From Candidatus Kaiserbacteria bacterium (GTDB taxonomy: Bacteria; Patescibacteriota; Minisyncoccia; Phycocordibacterales; Phycocordibacteraceae), in contig DAIDIW010000002.1 in assembly GCA_027451665.1 (NCBI GenBank), positions 212,254-276,253 of the forward strand: 64,000 nt of DNA. Reading direction: 5' to 3'. The notes under the pieces are model-generated. The model ran no database searches and was not told the origin of the DNA. It saw only the letters and a list, made by a program, of their open reading frames with translations. Position numbers and translations under genes: made by a program. Below are positions 9,933 to 18,643 of this stretch, in pieces. Every line of letters begins with the position of its first letter. The stretch's first letter is position 1.

Positions 9933-10541
9933 CTAGAACGTCATACCCGCGGGCGGCGTAAGGAGCGACGTGTCGATATTCCAGCTCGTACAGCTGAATG
10001 AAAGATTCGTGTTCGGATCAAGCGCGCCGTAACTTGCCATGACGCTTCCGTTGGCGCTCGTCGACGCCAGCAGCCTCAAGCCGCTCGTCGTGCTCGTGTA
10101 CCAGGCGTAGAGATAACTGCCGTCATCGAGCATCGAAGTAGCGACGGTACGGCCTCCAGGGACGCGAGCGATGTTTACCCGAGCTACGCCGTCAGCTACG
10201 AAGATATTCCCGGTCCGGCGTGCGCCATCGGCAAATCCGTCGAATGAACAGAAAAGGGGCTGCTTCTGGGTGCGCAAGTACGAAAGCGAATTAAAGCCCG
10301 TAAGCACGACTTTGGCCGTCATGGTCGGCGCTGGGGTTGACGCAGGCGCTGCCAGCCTCTTGGTCGTCACCTTCACGGCGGGCGTCGTGGGCGGTGTGCT
10401 GCTCGTAGCCATCGTCGTGGTTGCAGTCGCCGACGCCTGTCGTGTCGGCGATGACCAGTCCGTAGTGAAGTACCACGCACCAATAGCGAGCACGATGATG
10501 AGCACAGCCCATGCGAGTATCTGGTCTGTTTTCATATCCAT
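9933..10541 (-). CDS. hypothetical secreted/membrane-anchored protein with a Thr/Ala/Pro-rich linker
   Basis: Start MDMKTDQILAWAVLIIVLAIGAWYF (ATG 10541), then a TM, then TTTMATSSTPPTTPA. Confidence 0.5.
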   Translation of the reverse strand: MDMKTDQILAWAVLIIVLAIGAWYFTTDWSSPTRQASATATTTMATSSTPPTTPAVKVTTKRLAAPASTPAPTMTAKVVLTGFNSLSYLRTQKQPLFCSFDGFADGARRTGNIFVADGVARVNIARVPGGRTVATSMLDDGSYLYAWYTSTTSGLRLLASTSANGSVMASYGALDPNTNLSFSCTSWNIDTSLLTPPAGMTF

Positions 10542-10647
10542 ACCTCGCATGCTAGCACTCCACCGGGCATTATGAAGAACTGCAGAGAGCGCTTCGGGGA
10601 TTGCGGGCGAATGGCTTACCGCAGGGCGTATGCGCCGCCATAGGAAA

Positions 10648-10675
10648 GGGGTCCGTCGCGTACGCGACGGACCCC
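10648..10675. repeat. 13-bp perfect inverted repeat/hairpin at the left edge of the low-GC island
   Basis: ggggtccgtcgcg-t-acgcgacggacccc. No T-tract follows and no adjacent ORF ends here. Confidence 0.4.
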
Positions 10676-10949
10676 TCATTGCTGCCGGCATTCACTCATC
10701 GAGCAGCTCGCAACGGTCCTTCGGAAAGCAGAATTACTCCGAAGTCGTATATCTCAGCCCGCACCGGTCATCTCAATGTCACAAAGAGCGCAGTTGGGTT
10801 TCTGTGTGTGGACAGCCTGCATGGTAAATTTGATGAGGATGTCTGTGTGCCAATACTTAGCCTAATTGCTGAGATTTTGTACCGGCATCTTTGGAACTTG
10901 TCCGATTCCCTATGGGAATCATCGGAATAGCTGCATAAGGAGAGTGAAT

Positions 10950-11126
10950 ATGCCTACTAACGAGGGTCGTGCGCAAAAGAAAGGTCGCGATATCGGGTTC
11001 ACGTTCACGGAGGTCGGGACGATTACTTTTCCTAATGGGCAGACGGTGCCCAAGCTCGAAGGTCACCCGAACGATCCAGAAGCCCATCGCCGTCTCATGG
11101 AGCTAATCGAGAGTGAAGAAAACTAG
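10950..11126 (+). CDS. small hypothetical protein (58 aa)
   Basis: RBS AAGGAG 8 nt upstream of ATG 10950. A terminator follows. Sequence MPTNEGRAQKKGRDIGFTFTEVG. Confidence 0.4.
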   Translation: MPTNEGRAQKKGRDIGFTFTEVGTITFPNGQTVPKLEGHPNDPEAHRRLMELIESEEN

Positions 11127-11151
11127 GACGCCGGCAAAAAGATCCCCACTC

Positions 11152-11177
11152 GCGCCTGACACAGTCAGGCGCTTTTG
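11152..11177 (+). terminator. rho-independent terminator
   Basis: gcgcctgac-acag-tcaggcgc followed by TTTTG. Confidence 0.5.
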
Positions 11178-11200
11178 TTACGACACGAATGCATGGAGTA

Positions 11201-11245
11201 GCTAGGCAGCACTTTATGACGTGGTGTCATAAAGTGCTGCCTAGC
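11201..11245. repeat. perfect 20-bp inverted repeat with a 5-bp spacer
   Basis: gctaggcagcactttatgac gtggt gtcataaagtgctgcctagc. It lies between a small gene and an IS256 transposase remnant. Confidence 0.6.
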
Positions 11246-11360
11246 CAAGTACCGTTCGCGGGCAGAAAATTCTTGCATGCCTGCACGTTCCTGCCGTTTG
11301 CTCGATACCGTCAATCGTCCGGTTTAGTCGTCTCGTCTGCCAGCACGGCCTGTGTAAGGC

Positions 11361-11597
11361 TCAGGCGATGATCGAGGCGCAGCAGCACGCGCGGCAGTCG
11401 GGAGACGCCTCCATGCCGTAGATCTCGCGCAGATGCTCGCAGATCTCCCGCGTGCTCATGCCCCGGCCGTACATCGAGATGATCTTCTCATCAAAGCCCG
11501 GAAACCGGCGCTGATATTTGGCGATCAGCTGGGGATCAAAACGCCCCTCCCGGTCCCGCGACACCGCGATGTCCACCTTGCCCGTACTGGTGGTCAC
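11361..11597 (-). mobile_element. IS256-family transposase internal fragment (pseudogene remnant)
   Basis: DREGRFDPQLIAKYQRRFPGFDEKIISMYGRGMSTREICEHLREIYGMEASP matches the conserved IS256/mutator transposase core (DR.G.F.P.L..K.Q.R....D.I...Y..G.STR.I...L...YG...SP). Both the N- and C-terminal parts are missing. Confidence 0.65.
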
Positions 11598-11675
11598 GGC
11601 TCAAGGGGTTGACTTGCAAAACTTTCCGCCACTGATAAATTTGTTCTTGGAACGTTCTGTGAACAGGAGGAGCCA

Positions 11676-11930
11676 TTGTCATCACAGCAGTCACTACTTG
11701 CATCACAAATGACCCTGACGATTCACCTAAATCCAACCAAGGAAGATCGTCGAGCTGTCACTTTGCTTCAAGAATTCAATGGGTCCGTAGCAATCATGCG
11801 CCTTGCGGCAGAGAAGAAGTTACTGTTACCTTCACTTGAAGTGAGGGGTGCACAATTCAGTGGTATCGAGCAAATTGAGCAATTCGTGGACAGCGCCCGG
11901 TCCGAAGGCGCGCCTGCTATTGCAATCTAA
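11676..11930 (+). CDS. small hypothetical protein, possible TTG start
   Basis: AGGAGG is 4 nt upstream and a terminator follows downstream. 84 aa. Confidence 0.35.
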   Translation: MSSQQSLLASQMTLTIHLNPTKEDRRAVTLLQEFNGSVAIMRLAAEKKLLLPSLEVRGAQFSGIEQIEQFVDSARSEGAPAIAI

Positions 11931-11942
11931 TCGTTCGCTCTA

Positions 11943-11975
11943 AGAGCGCCCCTTTCCGGGGCGCTGTCTTTATCT
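11943..11975 (+). terminator. rho-independent terminator
   Basis: agagcgcccc-tttcc-ggggcgct followed by a T-rich tail. Confidence 0.5.
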
Positions 11976-12020
11976 GCATCTGACCTTCGCCGAGAAGCGC
12001 TCCTCTGGAGGACGTGACAG

Positions 12021-12425
12021 ATGAGCGAGTTTCAATCGGGCGTCACCGCACAAGACAAATACAAAACACTCAAAGACGGCACAGTCGCCAAGTACATCTA
12101 CTACGGCTGTACACGATCGAAGGACATACACTGTAAAGGTGGGTACCTCGAAGAAAAAGTACTGCTCGCCCAGTTGTTAGAGATAATTGAAAAGCTGGAT
12201 CTTGATAAGACCGGCATGCGTCGTCAACTCGAGACTGAGATTGAGCGACATAAGGAGTTCAACGCAAGAATCCTTGGTCGTAAAGACGACTACCGAGCCA
12301 AGGATGTTGATATACGAAACTACGCAAAATATATTCTTGAGAATGGGACTGTCTTTGAAAAAAGAAGTCTCCTAGATTGTTTGAAGACTAAGATAATTCT
12401 GAAAAATAAAACTATTAGTACCTGA
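12021..12425 (+). pseudogene. C-terminal fragment of a large serine recombinase (zinc-ribbon + coiled-coil region only)
   Basis: GTVAKYIYYGCTRSKDIHCKGGYLEEKVLLAQLLEIIEKL parallels GGVAHYTYYHCTKRKNPNCSQHSIEETKLEKQIAKELGKL in the intact recombinase at 23394-25031. It lacks the catalytic N-terminal domain and has its own GGAGG RBS. Confidence 0.55.
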
Positions 12426-12430
12426 TGGGA

Positions 12431-14203
12431 TTAGATGATAGACGACAAATTATCAAGGTTGACTCCACTAAGGGCAGATCCTGAGCCGCTTGGCGGTTCA
12501 GCTATTATGACTTTCTTGCCCTCTCCAAAACCAAGAGTGTAGGTGAATTTTCCTTCTTCGTAACTCATGCAATCTGGCAATAAAGTATCTTTCATTAGTT
12601 CTTCGTTCACCATTTTCTCGCCTGCATCGAGAAGTGGTTTTAGGTCAATGTAAAGCAATCTCCTCATTCTCTCTGCTTGTTCGCCGATCCATCCTTGTTT
12701 TTGGTTTCCGCCTGAAGCAAGATAAAACCCAATAAAGATCAGGTATGAACGCAACGCTGCGGGATAGTAACGTCTAATCACATTTGTGCCGATTTGTTCC
12801 CACATCCTTTTCTCGAATGGAGCACGATACCCTTCTTTTAACTGCGGGTCGTATATCATGCCGTGCAATAACTTTTGAACCGTGTGGTATGTATCATTGG
12901 ATTTCTTAATATAGGAAAGCTGATACATGCACTTGTATAAAGCAGCCGCAACACCTTCATTGATCGCTAAATCAGAATAGAAATTTGGCTCTTGGGCGGT
13001 TTTCTCTCGAGCGACGGTGTCGGTATTAAAGGTCTGATCGTTAGCAAGGTACAGATATCCATGCCCAAGGAAGTCTGCAATGATGCCCAAAGACCACCAC
13101 TCATCTTTTAGAGCATACTTTGTGTCTATTCCCCGCCTTTCTTCGATGTTTAGCTTTATACAGATATCAGCAAAAATATCGGCCAAATATTCAAAGCCAT
13201 TATTTATATGTCTTGGAGGAATTGCGCCTGTTTTCAAGTACGTTTCGATTGCTTCGGAAAGAGCCTTGATCAGCACTTCGATACCAGCGATACCAGTGTC
13301 CTTACGTTTAGCATGGCCAAGCGTTGGATAACCAAACAAATCAAAGTTAGTTAGCAGGATCGGAGATTTAAATACGGCCGTGTACACATTCGAAGAAAGA
13401 GCCAGCCCTTTATTGTCCAATTGTTTGTAGAAAAACGATTCATCATCATAGAAAAGACTGCTCATGAGCCTTGGAACTCCTATTCCTGATTGGCGCCGGC
13501 TTATACGATAATGCTCTATCGCGCCGAAAATATACAGGAGGCCGTCAAGGCGTTTTGTTGTTAGAAGGCGAACGATAGACTCATCACTTAAAACTACCTC
13601 GATGATTGAGATTGCATCTCCACTGAAGTCAGCCGATTTTGGATCGCGATTAACAGCGGCCTTGCAGACGGCGTCGAAATTTCTCAATAAAACCTCTAAA
13701 AGCGCGTTTAAACTCTCTTCGGTTGATCTAGAGATTTCTTGAACCATTACTTCATAGAATTTCCGAGATGTCTTTCTATTGAAAAGGCCTCGAGTCCTGC
13801 TTGCAAGGAACAACAAAGAAATGGGTGACGCGATGAAAAACAAATAAGCTAGGAGTTCATAGAAAAGAGTAAAATTCAGCGGGTAAGGCAAATACATCTC
13901 TGGGAATTGCGTGATGAGCACTCCAAGGAGAGTAAGAAAAAGTCCCATTCCTCCAAACACCCAAAACAGATTCCGTTCCCAGACGCTTCGAATTCTCAAA
14001 GCTATGTCCCACTTTGATCTTCTGAGCTGGTATACAGCAAAAATGAGACCGAAAGCAGCAAGGGCGGCTCCAAGATCAAGAGAGGATGGGAAGATGACTA
14101 TGTTGCCAGCACCACAAATAGGCTGAGAAGAGAAACTCAAGAGACAAGAGTGCAGGCCTGTACTGGATGCTTGTGTTAAGGTCGATATTTGAGTTTGGGA
14201 CAT
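12431..14203 (-). CDS. hypothetical 590-aa protein with three N-terminal TM helices and a large soluble domain
   Basis: GC is ~38-40% versus ~65% for the core. TM helices at ~45-65, ~85-105 and ~115-140. No recognisable motif in the ~440-aa C-terminal part. Confidence 0.55.
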   Translation of the reverse strand: MSQTQISTLTQASSTGLHSCLLSFSSQPICGAGNIVIFPSSLDLGAALAAFGLIFAVYQLRRSKWDIALRIRSVWERNLFWVFGGMGLFLTLLGVLITQFPEMYLPYPLNFTLFYELLAYLFFIASPISLLFLASRTRGLFNRKTSRKFYEVMVQEISRSTEESLNALLEVLLRNFDAVCKAAVNRDPKSADFSGDAISIIEVVLSDESIVRLLTTKRLDGLLYIFGAIEHYRISRRQSGIGVPRLMSSLFYDDESFFYKQLDNKGLALSSNVYTAVFKSPILLTNFDLFGYPTLGHAKRKDTGIAGIEVLIKALSEAIETYLKTGAIPPRHINNGFEYLADIFADICIKLNIEERRGIDTKYALKDEWWSLGIIADFLGHGYLYLANDQTFNTDTVAREKTAQEPNFYSDLAINEGVAAALYKCMYQLSYIKKSNDTYHTVQKLLHGMIYDPQLKEGYRAPFEKRMWEQIGTNVIRRYYPAALRSYLIFIGFYLASGGNQKQGWIGEQAERMRRLLYIDLKPLLDAGEKMVNEELMKDTLLPDCMSYEEGKFTYTLGFGEGKKVIIAEPPSGSGSALSGVNLDNLSSII

Positions 14204-14398
14204 CGTACCTCTGAATGATAGACCTTCTCACCGAAGAAGGCCAAGAATCAAGTATTGATCCCTCTAGGGCGTTCGAGAAGAAAACTAGTGGGCTGCGGGG
14301 CTTGGACGATGTTAGAACTGTCCTTTTGACTGGTAAATCGCATTTCGCATATAAAATCACCATACCAGATTTGTTAGCGCGGGTGTAAACTGCGACGG

Positions 14399-14878
14399 AT
14401 GGACGACCTCTCCAACTACGAAAAGCTCCGCGCGGACGCGCAGCAGTTCTATAACGGCTTACGCCCCGTATTCTCGCCCGCGCTCAATGAGAATGTTCAC
14501 TTCACCGCCGAGGGCTTCAATCACATTATTTTCAAGGGGTCGCGTCGGGAGCGCGAGAAGCCCTCACAGATAATGCGCTTCAAAATGCTGGCGCGAGCGG
14601 CCAAGCTCATTGGCCTCTCCACCACATATCAGGAGTACGAGGAAACGCTACATGATTTTGAGGTCAAGAGCCACAAGAAACGCGTCCGCAAATCCAAACC
14701 CGTAAAGTATTGGGGTATCATCGCTATCATTGATGGACGCAAGATAAAGGTTATCGTGCGTAAAATCGGCGATAACGGGCAGCTTCACTTCTGGAGTGTA
14801 GTGCCCGCGTGGACGACAAACAAATACCGCGACGCCAAGTTCATCACCACGATGAAGGGCGACCCCGAGGAGGATTAG
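14399..14878 (+). CDS. hypothetical protein
   Basis: 159-aa ORF with no recognisable motif. It lies in the island between the AT-rich TM protein and the nucleotidyltransferase. Confidence 0.4.
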   Translation: MDDLSNYEKLRADAQQFYNGLRPVFSPALNENVHFTAEGFNHIIFKGSRREREKPSQIMRFKMLARAAKLIGLSTTYQEYEETLHDFEVKSHKKRVRKSKPVKYWGIIAIIDGRKIKVIVRKIGDNGQLHFWSVVPAWTTNKYRDAKFITTMKGDPEED

Positions 14879-15081
14879 GCATATCAAAAAACACCACACG
14901 GGGTGGTGCTCTTTGATATGCCTGCCTTCGGCTTATGTATTAGCCGAATAGGGCTGACGCCCCACAGGCACGGAACTAGTATACCAGATTGGAGTGAAGC
15001 GGCAATGAGCTGGGGATTTCAAGCCTCGAGCCAAAAGCTTCAAGTTTACTCTTTCAGAAAGTCGTCCCCGAGAGGTATTAT

Positions 15082-15618
15082 TTGCGAATGGAAGCAACAT
15101 CGACGCTTGAACTCGCGAGCAGACTACTTGATTGGAAAGACTTGCTCTTGGCGGGATATTGGCTCGTTGGCGCTACTATTGTTGGCGTTTTGTTTCTCTG
15201 GTTCGTTTTTCGAAAACAGTGGCGCTTTTTCAAAAACATAAATAAACCCATCATCTTCATAAACCTGTCCGGTATAAGCGATGGGATGGACGTTGAAGCG
15301 AAGCTATTGCAGCGCAGTCGCTTCTTTTGTACACCGGAGGTTACGAGCGATTGTAGAAGCATCGACTTGGTCGAAAAGCAGAGCTTGGTCGTAATTGGTG
15401 TTAGCGATGCCACCGACGTGAAGCAGTTTGAGGCAATTTACCAAAAAATCGCTACACTCACGAAGCCGACTGTCATTTACACTCTAGGCGCACGTGGAAC
15501 CAGTTTCGTATCGAAAAGCGAGGCTCTCATAAAGGGATATTCTTTCCACACCATCGCCACGACGCCATTGCGTTTGGTAAGCGACATCTTCGCAATACTC
15601 TCTACATTCCCAGAATAA
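15082..15618 (+). CDS. hypothetical membrane-anchored protein (N-terminal TM + ~130-aa alpha/beta domain)
   Basis: TTG at 15082 or ATG at 15088. TM WLVGATIVGVLFLWFVF. Alternating beta/alpha pattern PIIFINLSGISDG...LVVIGVSDATDV...PTVIYTLGARGTSF, Rossmann-like. Its stop is 3 nt from the stop of the convergent nucleotidyltransferase gene. Confidence 0.4.
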   Translation: MRMEATSTLELASRLLDWKDLLLAGYWLVGATIVGVLFLWFVFRKQWRFFKNINKPIIFINLSGISDGMDVEAKLLQRSRFFCTPEVTSDCRSIDLVEKQSLVVIGVSDATDVKQFEAIYQKIATLTKPTVIYTLGARGTSFVSKSEALIKGYSFHTIATTPLRLVSDIFAILSTFPE

Positions 15619-15621
15619 GGG

Positions 15622-16398
15622 TCAGACGACCACTTGGTTCCAGTTGGTGCAACGAAGAGAAGCGGCAGCGGCATTTGCCACCAGACGCTTCTCGAGTGGG
15701 CTAAGCACGTCCGAAACAGCGTTGCTTCTATTCCCCGGGTCATATACTGTTGCAGTCTCGAAGTCGTCCCGCAAATATTCCAAGAAAGAAACAAATCGCT
15801 TCGAAATGGGTAAAAGAAGACCGAGTGGCATCGAGGCGTTCATGGCTGATAGCTCAAGGTAAAACGATGGAAAATCTAAATGGTGCTGGTCGCGCCAGAT
15901 TTTTGTGAGCTTCATTAAATCAGTCCGACCGGATTTCTTCACGGCCTCTATCTGCATACTCACGTTCGTCTTCACCCAAGTATTCTTTTTCCTCACGTAT
16001 ATCGAATGGTCGTTAGCGAGAAAAGCGCCACTTTGTAGCTTCCCGGGCACGAGGTCGACTTCTATAGCCCCGTAAGTGAGACCTATCGAAGAGTTTTGAA
16101 AGCGAGGTGAGTGACCGTTTGCCATCAAGAAGCTATGCAGGCTTTTATGGACATCGTTGAAGGTATAGGGAAGACCGGTTTTTAGGGAGATAAAAAGGTC
16201 TAAGTCAGCCGACCCTTTTATAGCAGTGCCCTTTGCATTAGAGCCAGAGAGTTGCACATAGTTTAGGTATGAGCCAGTCCATGCGCGTATGACCCTTTCG
16301 AGTTCGGACTGTGCATTACCCAAAGCAAACAGTCTCCGCAAATCAGTGGAAACCGAGTGACGCGTCAAGACGGAGTTTAGGTACGGGTCTGGGTTCAC
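15622..16398 (-). CDS. Pol-beta-superfamily nucleotidyltransferase of the cGAS/DncV-like (CD-NTase/SMODS/OAS-like) type, 258 aa, probable GTG start
   Basis: hG[GS]-x9-13-[DE]h[DE]h motif: SGSNAKGTAIKGSADLDLFISL. Third acidic residue in the OAS/CD-NTase-like [ED]VDLVP context: GAIEVDLVPGK. C-terminal helical domain with LMKLTKIWRDQHHLDFPSFYLELSAM, resembling the CD-NTase/OAS K.W....PSS..LE motif. GC ~47%. Confidence 0.6.
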   Translation of the reverse strand: MNPDPYLNSVLTRHSVSTDLRRLFALGNAQSELERVIRAWTGSYLNYVQLSGSNAKGTAIKGSADLDLFISLKTGLPYTFNDVHKSLHSFLMANGHSPRFQNSSIGLTYGAIEVDLVPGKLQSGAFLANDHSIYVRKKNTWVKTNVSMQIEAVKKSGRTDLMKLTKIWRDQHHLDFPSFYLELSAMNASMPLGLLLPISKRFVSFLEYLRDDFETATVYDPGNRSNAVSDVLSPLEKRLVANAAAASLRCTNWNQVVV

Positions 16399-16431
16399 TA
16401 GGGTATTTTACCTCGTCGAGCACACAAAAGC

Positions 16432-17124
16432 CTAGAAGAACTTCAAAAACTCCTTGGTACGCTGTTCTTGTGGGTTTGAGATAAGCTTCTTGTCGCCGCG
16501 CTCAATGACCGCGCCGCCATCCATAAAGACGATATGGTCGCTGACGCGCTTGGCGAAGTTGATGAGGTGGCTGACTAGGAGTATGCCTACGCCCGAAGCT
16601 CGGAGTTTCTCAAGTAACGCCGCAACACGCTCTATCTGCTCAATATCCAAGGCCGAAGTAATCTCGTCAAGCAGAAGATATTTTGGTTTGAGCGCGATTG
16701 CTCGTGCGACTGCCGCACGCTGACGCTGACCAAGAGAGGTCTGATTAGGATAGCGGTCAATAAACGCTTCCATCCCGAGGGCTGCGACCAGCTCTGCAAT
16801 TTCGTCTTTAGTTGAGAGTTTTGCTAGAGTAATGTTCTGCCACAGCGTTAGATGAGGCCATAGGAATAGCTGCTGGAACACCATCGCCACGCGTGGCGAG
16901 GGGTGAGAGAGAACCTTGTCGTCCACCCGCACCTCTCCACTATCAGGAGCGTCCACCCCCGAAAGCACATTGAGCAGGGTGGTTTTGCCCGCGCCGCTCG
17001 GCCCGATAAGCGATACGATGCTGCTCGGCTCAATGGAAATATCTATGCTGTTCAAAATCAACCGTCCATCGCGCTTCTTTCCTATGTTGTGTGCGGTCAG
17101 CATACTAGCGTTCGGAGAAATCAC
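16432..17124 (-). CDS. ABC transporter ATP-binding protein (polar amino acid type)
   Basis: Walker A GPSGAGKTT, signature LSGGQRQRAAVARA, Walker B LLLDE. Confidence 0.85.
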   Translation of the reverse strand: MISPNASMLTAHNIGKKRDGRLILNSIDISIEPSSIVSLIGPSGAGKTTLLNVLSGVDAPDSGEVRVDDKVLSHPSPRVAMVFQQLFLWPHLTLWQNITLAKLSTKDEIAELVAALGMEAFIDRYPNQTSLGQRQRAAVARAIALKPKYLLLDEITSALDIEQIERVAALLEKLRASGVGILLVSHLINFAKRVSDHIVFMDGGAVIERGDKKLISNPQEQRTKEFLKFF

Positions 17125-17767
17125 GAGTAAATCGCTCTCTCAAAACGTAGGCAAGATAGTAGAGCGGTGCAAGCACGAGCATAAAGAATATCGCGAGCGT
17201 AGTGTAAATCTCTACGGGTCGGTAGAGAACGGCATTGAGGTTCTGTGCTACGCGGAAAATCTCGGGAACCGAAATCAAGCTGGCGAACAGGGTAGCTTGC
17301 AAAATAAACAACTGCGTCGTGAGAACAGACGGGATGATTTGACGAAAAATCATCGGGAACTGGATGCGTCTGAAGATGTCGTTACTGGATAGCCCTGCCA
17401 TTTGTGCCGCGACGATGTACTGCTTCGGGAAGTCGGTGAGCACTCCTCTCACCAGTTCTGCGATAGCCGCGATGTTCACGATTGCGAGGGTGAGCACGGC
17501 CGTCAGGAACGGGCTAATCAAAATGCCGAGAAGCGACTGGAATGGATAGTAAAACCAGAACAGGAGAACGAGCAGCGGGATACCCGCCACAATGAACGAG
17601 GCCGTTTTGACCACCGCCCCTGCGGTTGGATTTCTCGCGCCCAGCACCCCAAACCCTGCGCCAAGGACAATACCGAGAACGGATACCGACAAGAACAGCT
17701 CAACGCTTACCAAGAGGCCTCCGAGAAGCGTTGGGTAGTAGTTCACCAGTATGCCGAGAACGGACAT
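17105..17767 (-). CDS. ABC transporter permease (His/Glu/Gln/Arg/opine family)
   Basis: Multi-TM, EAA-like region, overlaps the ATPase gene by 20 nt. Confidence 0.8.
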   Translation of the reverse strand: MSVLGILVNYYPTLLGGLLVSVELFLSVSVLGIVLGAGFGVLGARNPTAGAVVKTASFIVAGIPLLVLLFWFYYPFQSLLGILISPFLTAVLTLAIVNIAAIAELVRGVLTDFPKQYIVAAQMAGLSSNDIFRRIQFPMIFRQIIPSVLTTQLFILQATLFASLISVPEIFRVAQNLNAVLYRPVEIYTTLAIFFMLVLAPLYYLAYVLRERFTRDFSER

Positions 17768-17772
17768 TGTTG

Positions 17773-18630
17773 TTATTGCGCGTAGGGCGTTGCGGGCAGG
17801 AGATACGAATTAGATGAGGACTGATACTTGGCGACGATTTTTGCGACTGCGCCATCGTCTATGGCCTCTTGAAGCGCGACATTGAGCATCTGTTCCAAGC
17901 TACTTTCGCCAAGCGCAACCGCGTAGGCGTTTCCATAAAGGCGGAGTGGTGGAGTTTGGAGCTGACGCAGGGTGCCTGGGTTTGCTTGCAAGAACTCGGC
18001 GGCAGCATCGGGTTGTAAGAACGCAACATCGGCCTTGTTATCAATCACTTGGAGCGGGATTTGGTCAAAGGGCGCAGTCTGCGGCAGGCTGACCTGCTGC
18101 GCTTTTGGGTAATCCGATTGGGCGATTACTTGGCCGAGTTCACCGTCCTGTGTTGAGATTTTCACCGATGGGTCATTTATTGCCGCGAGATTGTTGTCAA
18201 AGCGATGGTCGCTTGTTCGCACATAGGCGTAGACGCCATTGTAGAACGCAGGGATGGTGAGATAGCCCGCCTTAGCGCGTGTGGAGTTAGCCCACAGACC
18301 GCCGCCAAACACATCGTAGCGACCTGCCGAAAGGTCGGTAAAAATCGTGCCGTATCCTGCCTCCTCAACCCACTGCACTTTCAAGCCGAGCTGTGCGGCA
18401 AGCGTGTTAGTGAGGTCATAGAAGATGCCCGAGAGCGCCCCTGTTTTCGGGTCTTGGATAACATACGGCGGATACGGGATGTAGCCAACGCGCATCGTGC
18501 CTGAGGAAATCACCTTGTTGAAGGCGGTATTTGAGGCAGTGGTTCCTTGCGAGCTATGGGTAAAGAGACCGACTACAATCGCAATAACGGCGAGGCCGAT
18601 AGCGATGTAGGAAAGGGTTTTATTTTCCAT
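17773..18630 (-). CDS. ABC transporter substrate-binding protein (family 3, amino acid)
   Basis: Signal/TM anchor then GTMRVGYIPYPPY...LSGIFYDL...AGRYDV. The start was chosen at MENKTLS (ATG 18630) to avoid overlap with the upstream gene. Confidence 0.75.
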   Translation of the reverse strand: MENKTLSYIAIGLAVIAIVVGLFTHSSQGTTASNTAFNKVISSGTMRVGYIPYPPYVIQDPKTGALSGIFYDLTNTLAAQLGLKVQWVEEAGYGTIFTDLSAGRYDVFGGGLWANSTRAKAGYLTIPAFYNGVYAYVRTSDHRFDNNLAAINDPSVKISTQDGELGQVIAQSDYPKAQQVSLPQTAPFDQIPLQVIDNKADVAFLQPDAAAEFLQANPGTLRQLQTPPLRLYGNAYAVALGESSLEQMLNVALQEAIDDGAVAKIVAKYQSSSNSYLLPATPYAQ

Positions 18631-18643
18631 ACAAAATATTGTA

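Noticed and set aside
10540-11300. Direct repeat of the tRNA-Gln 3' end (attR) at the left island edge
   Set aside because: No match longer than ~7 nt (ACTAGGA) was found by eye. The left boundary is left undefined.
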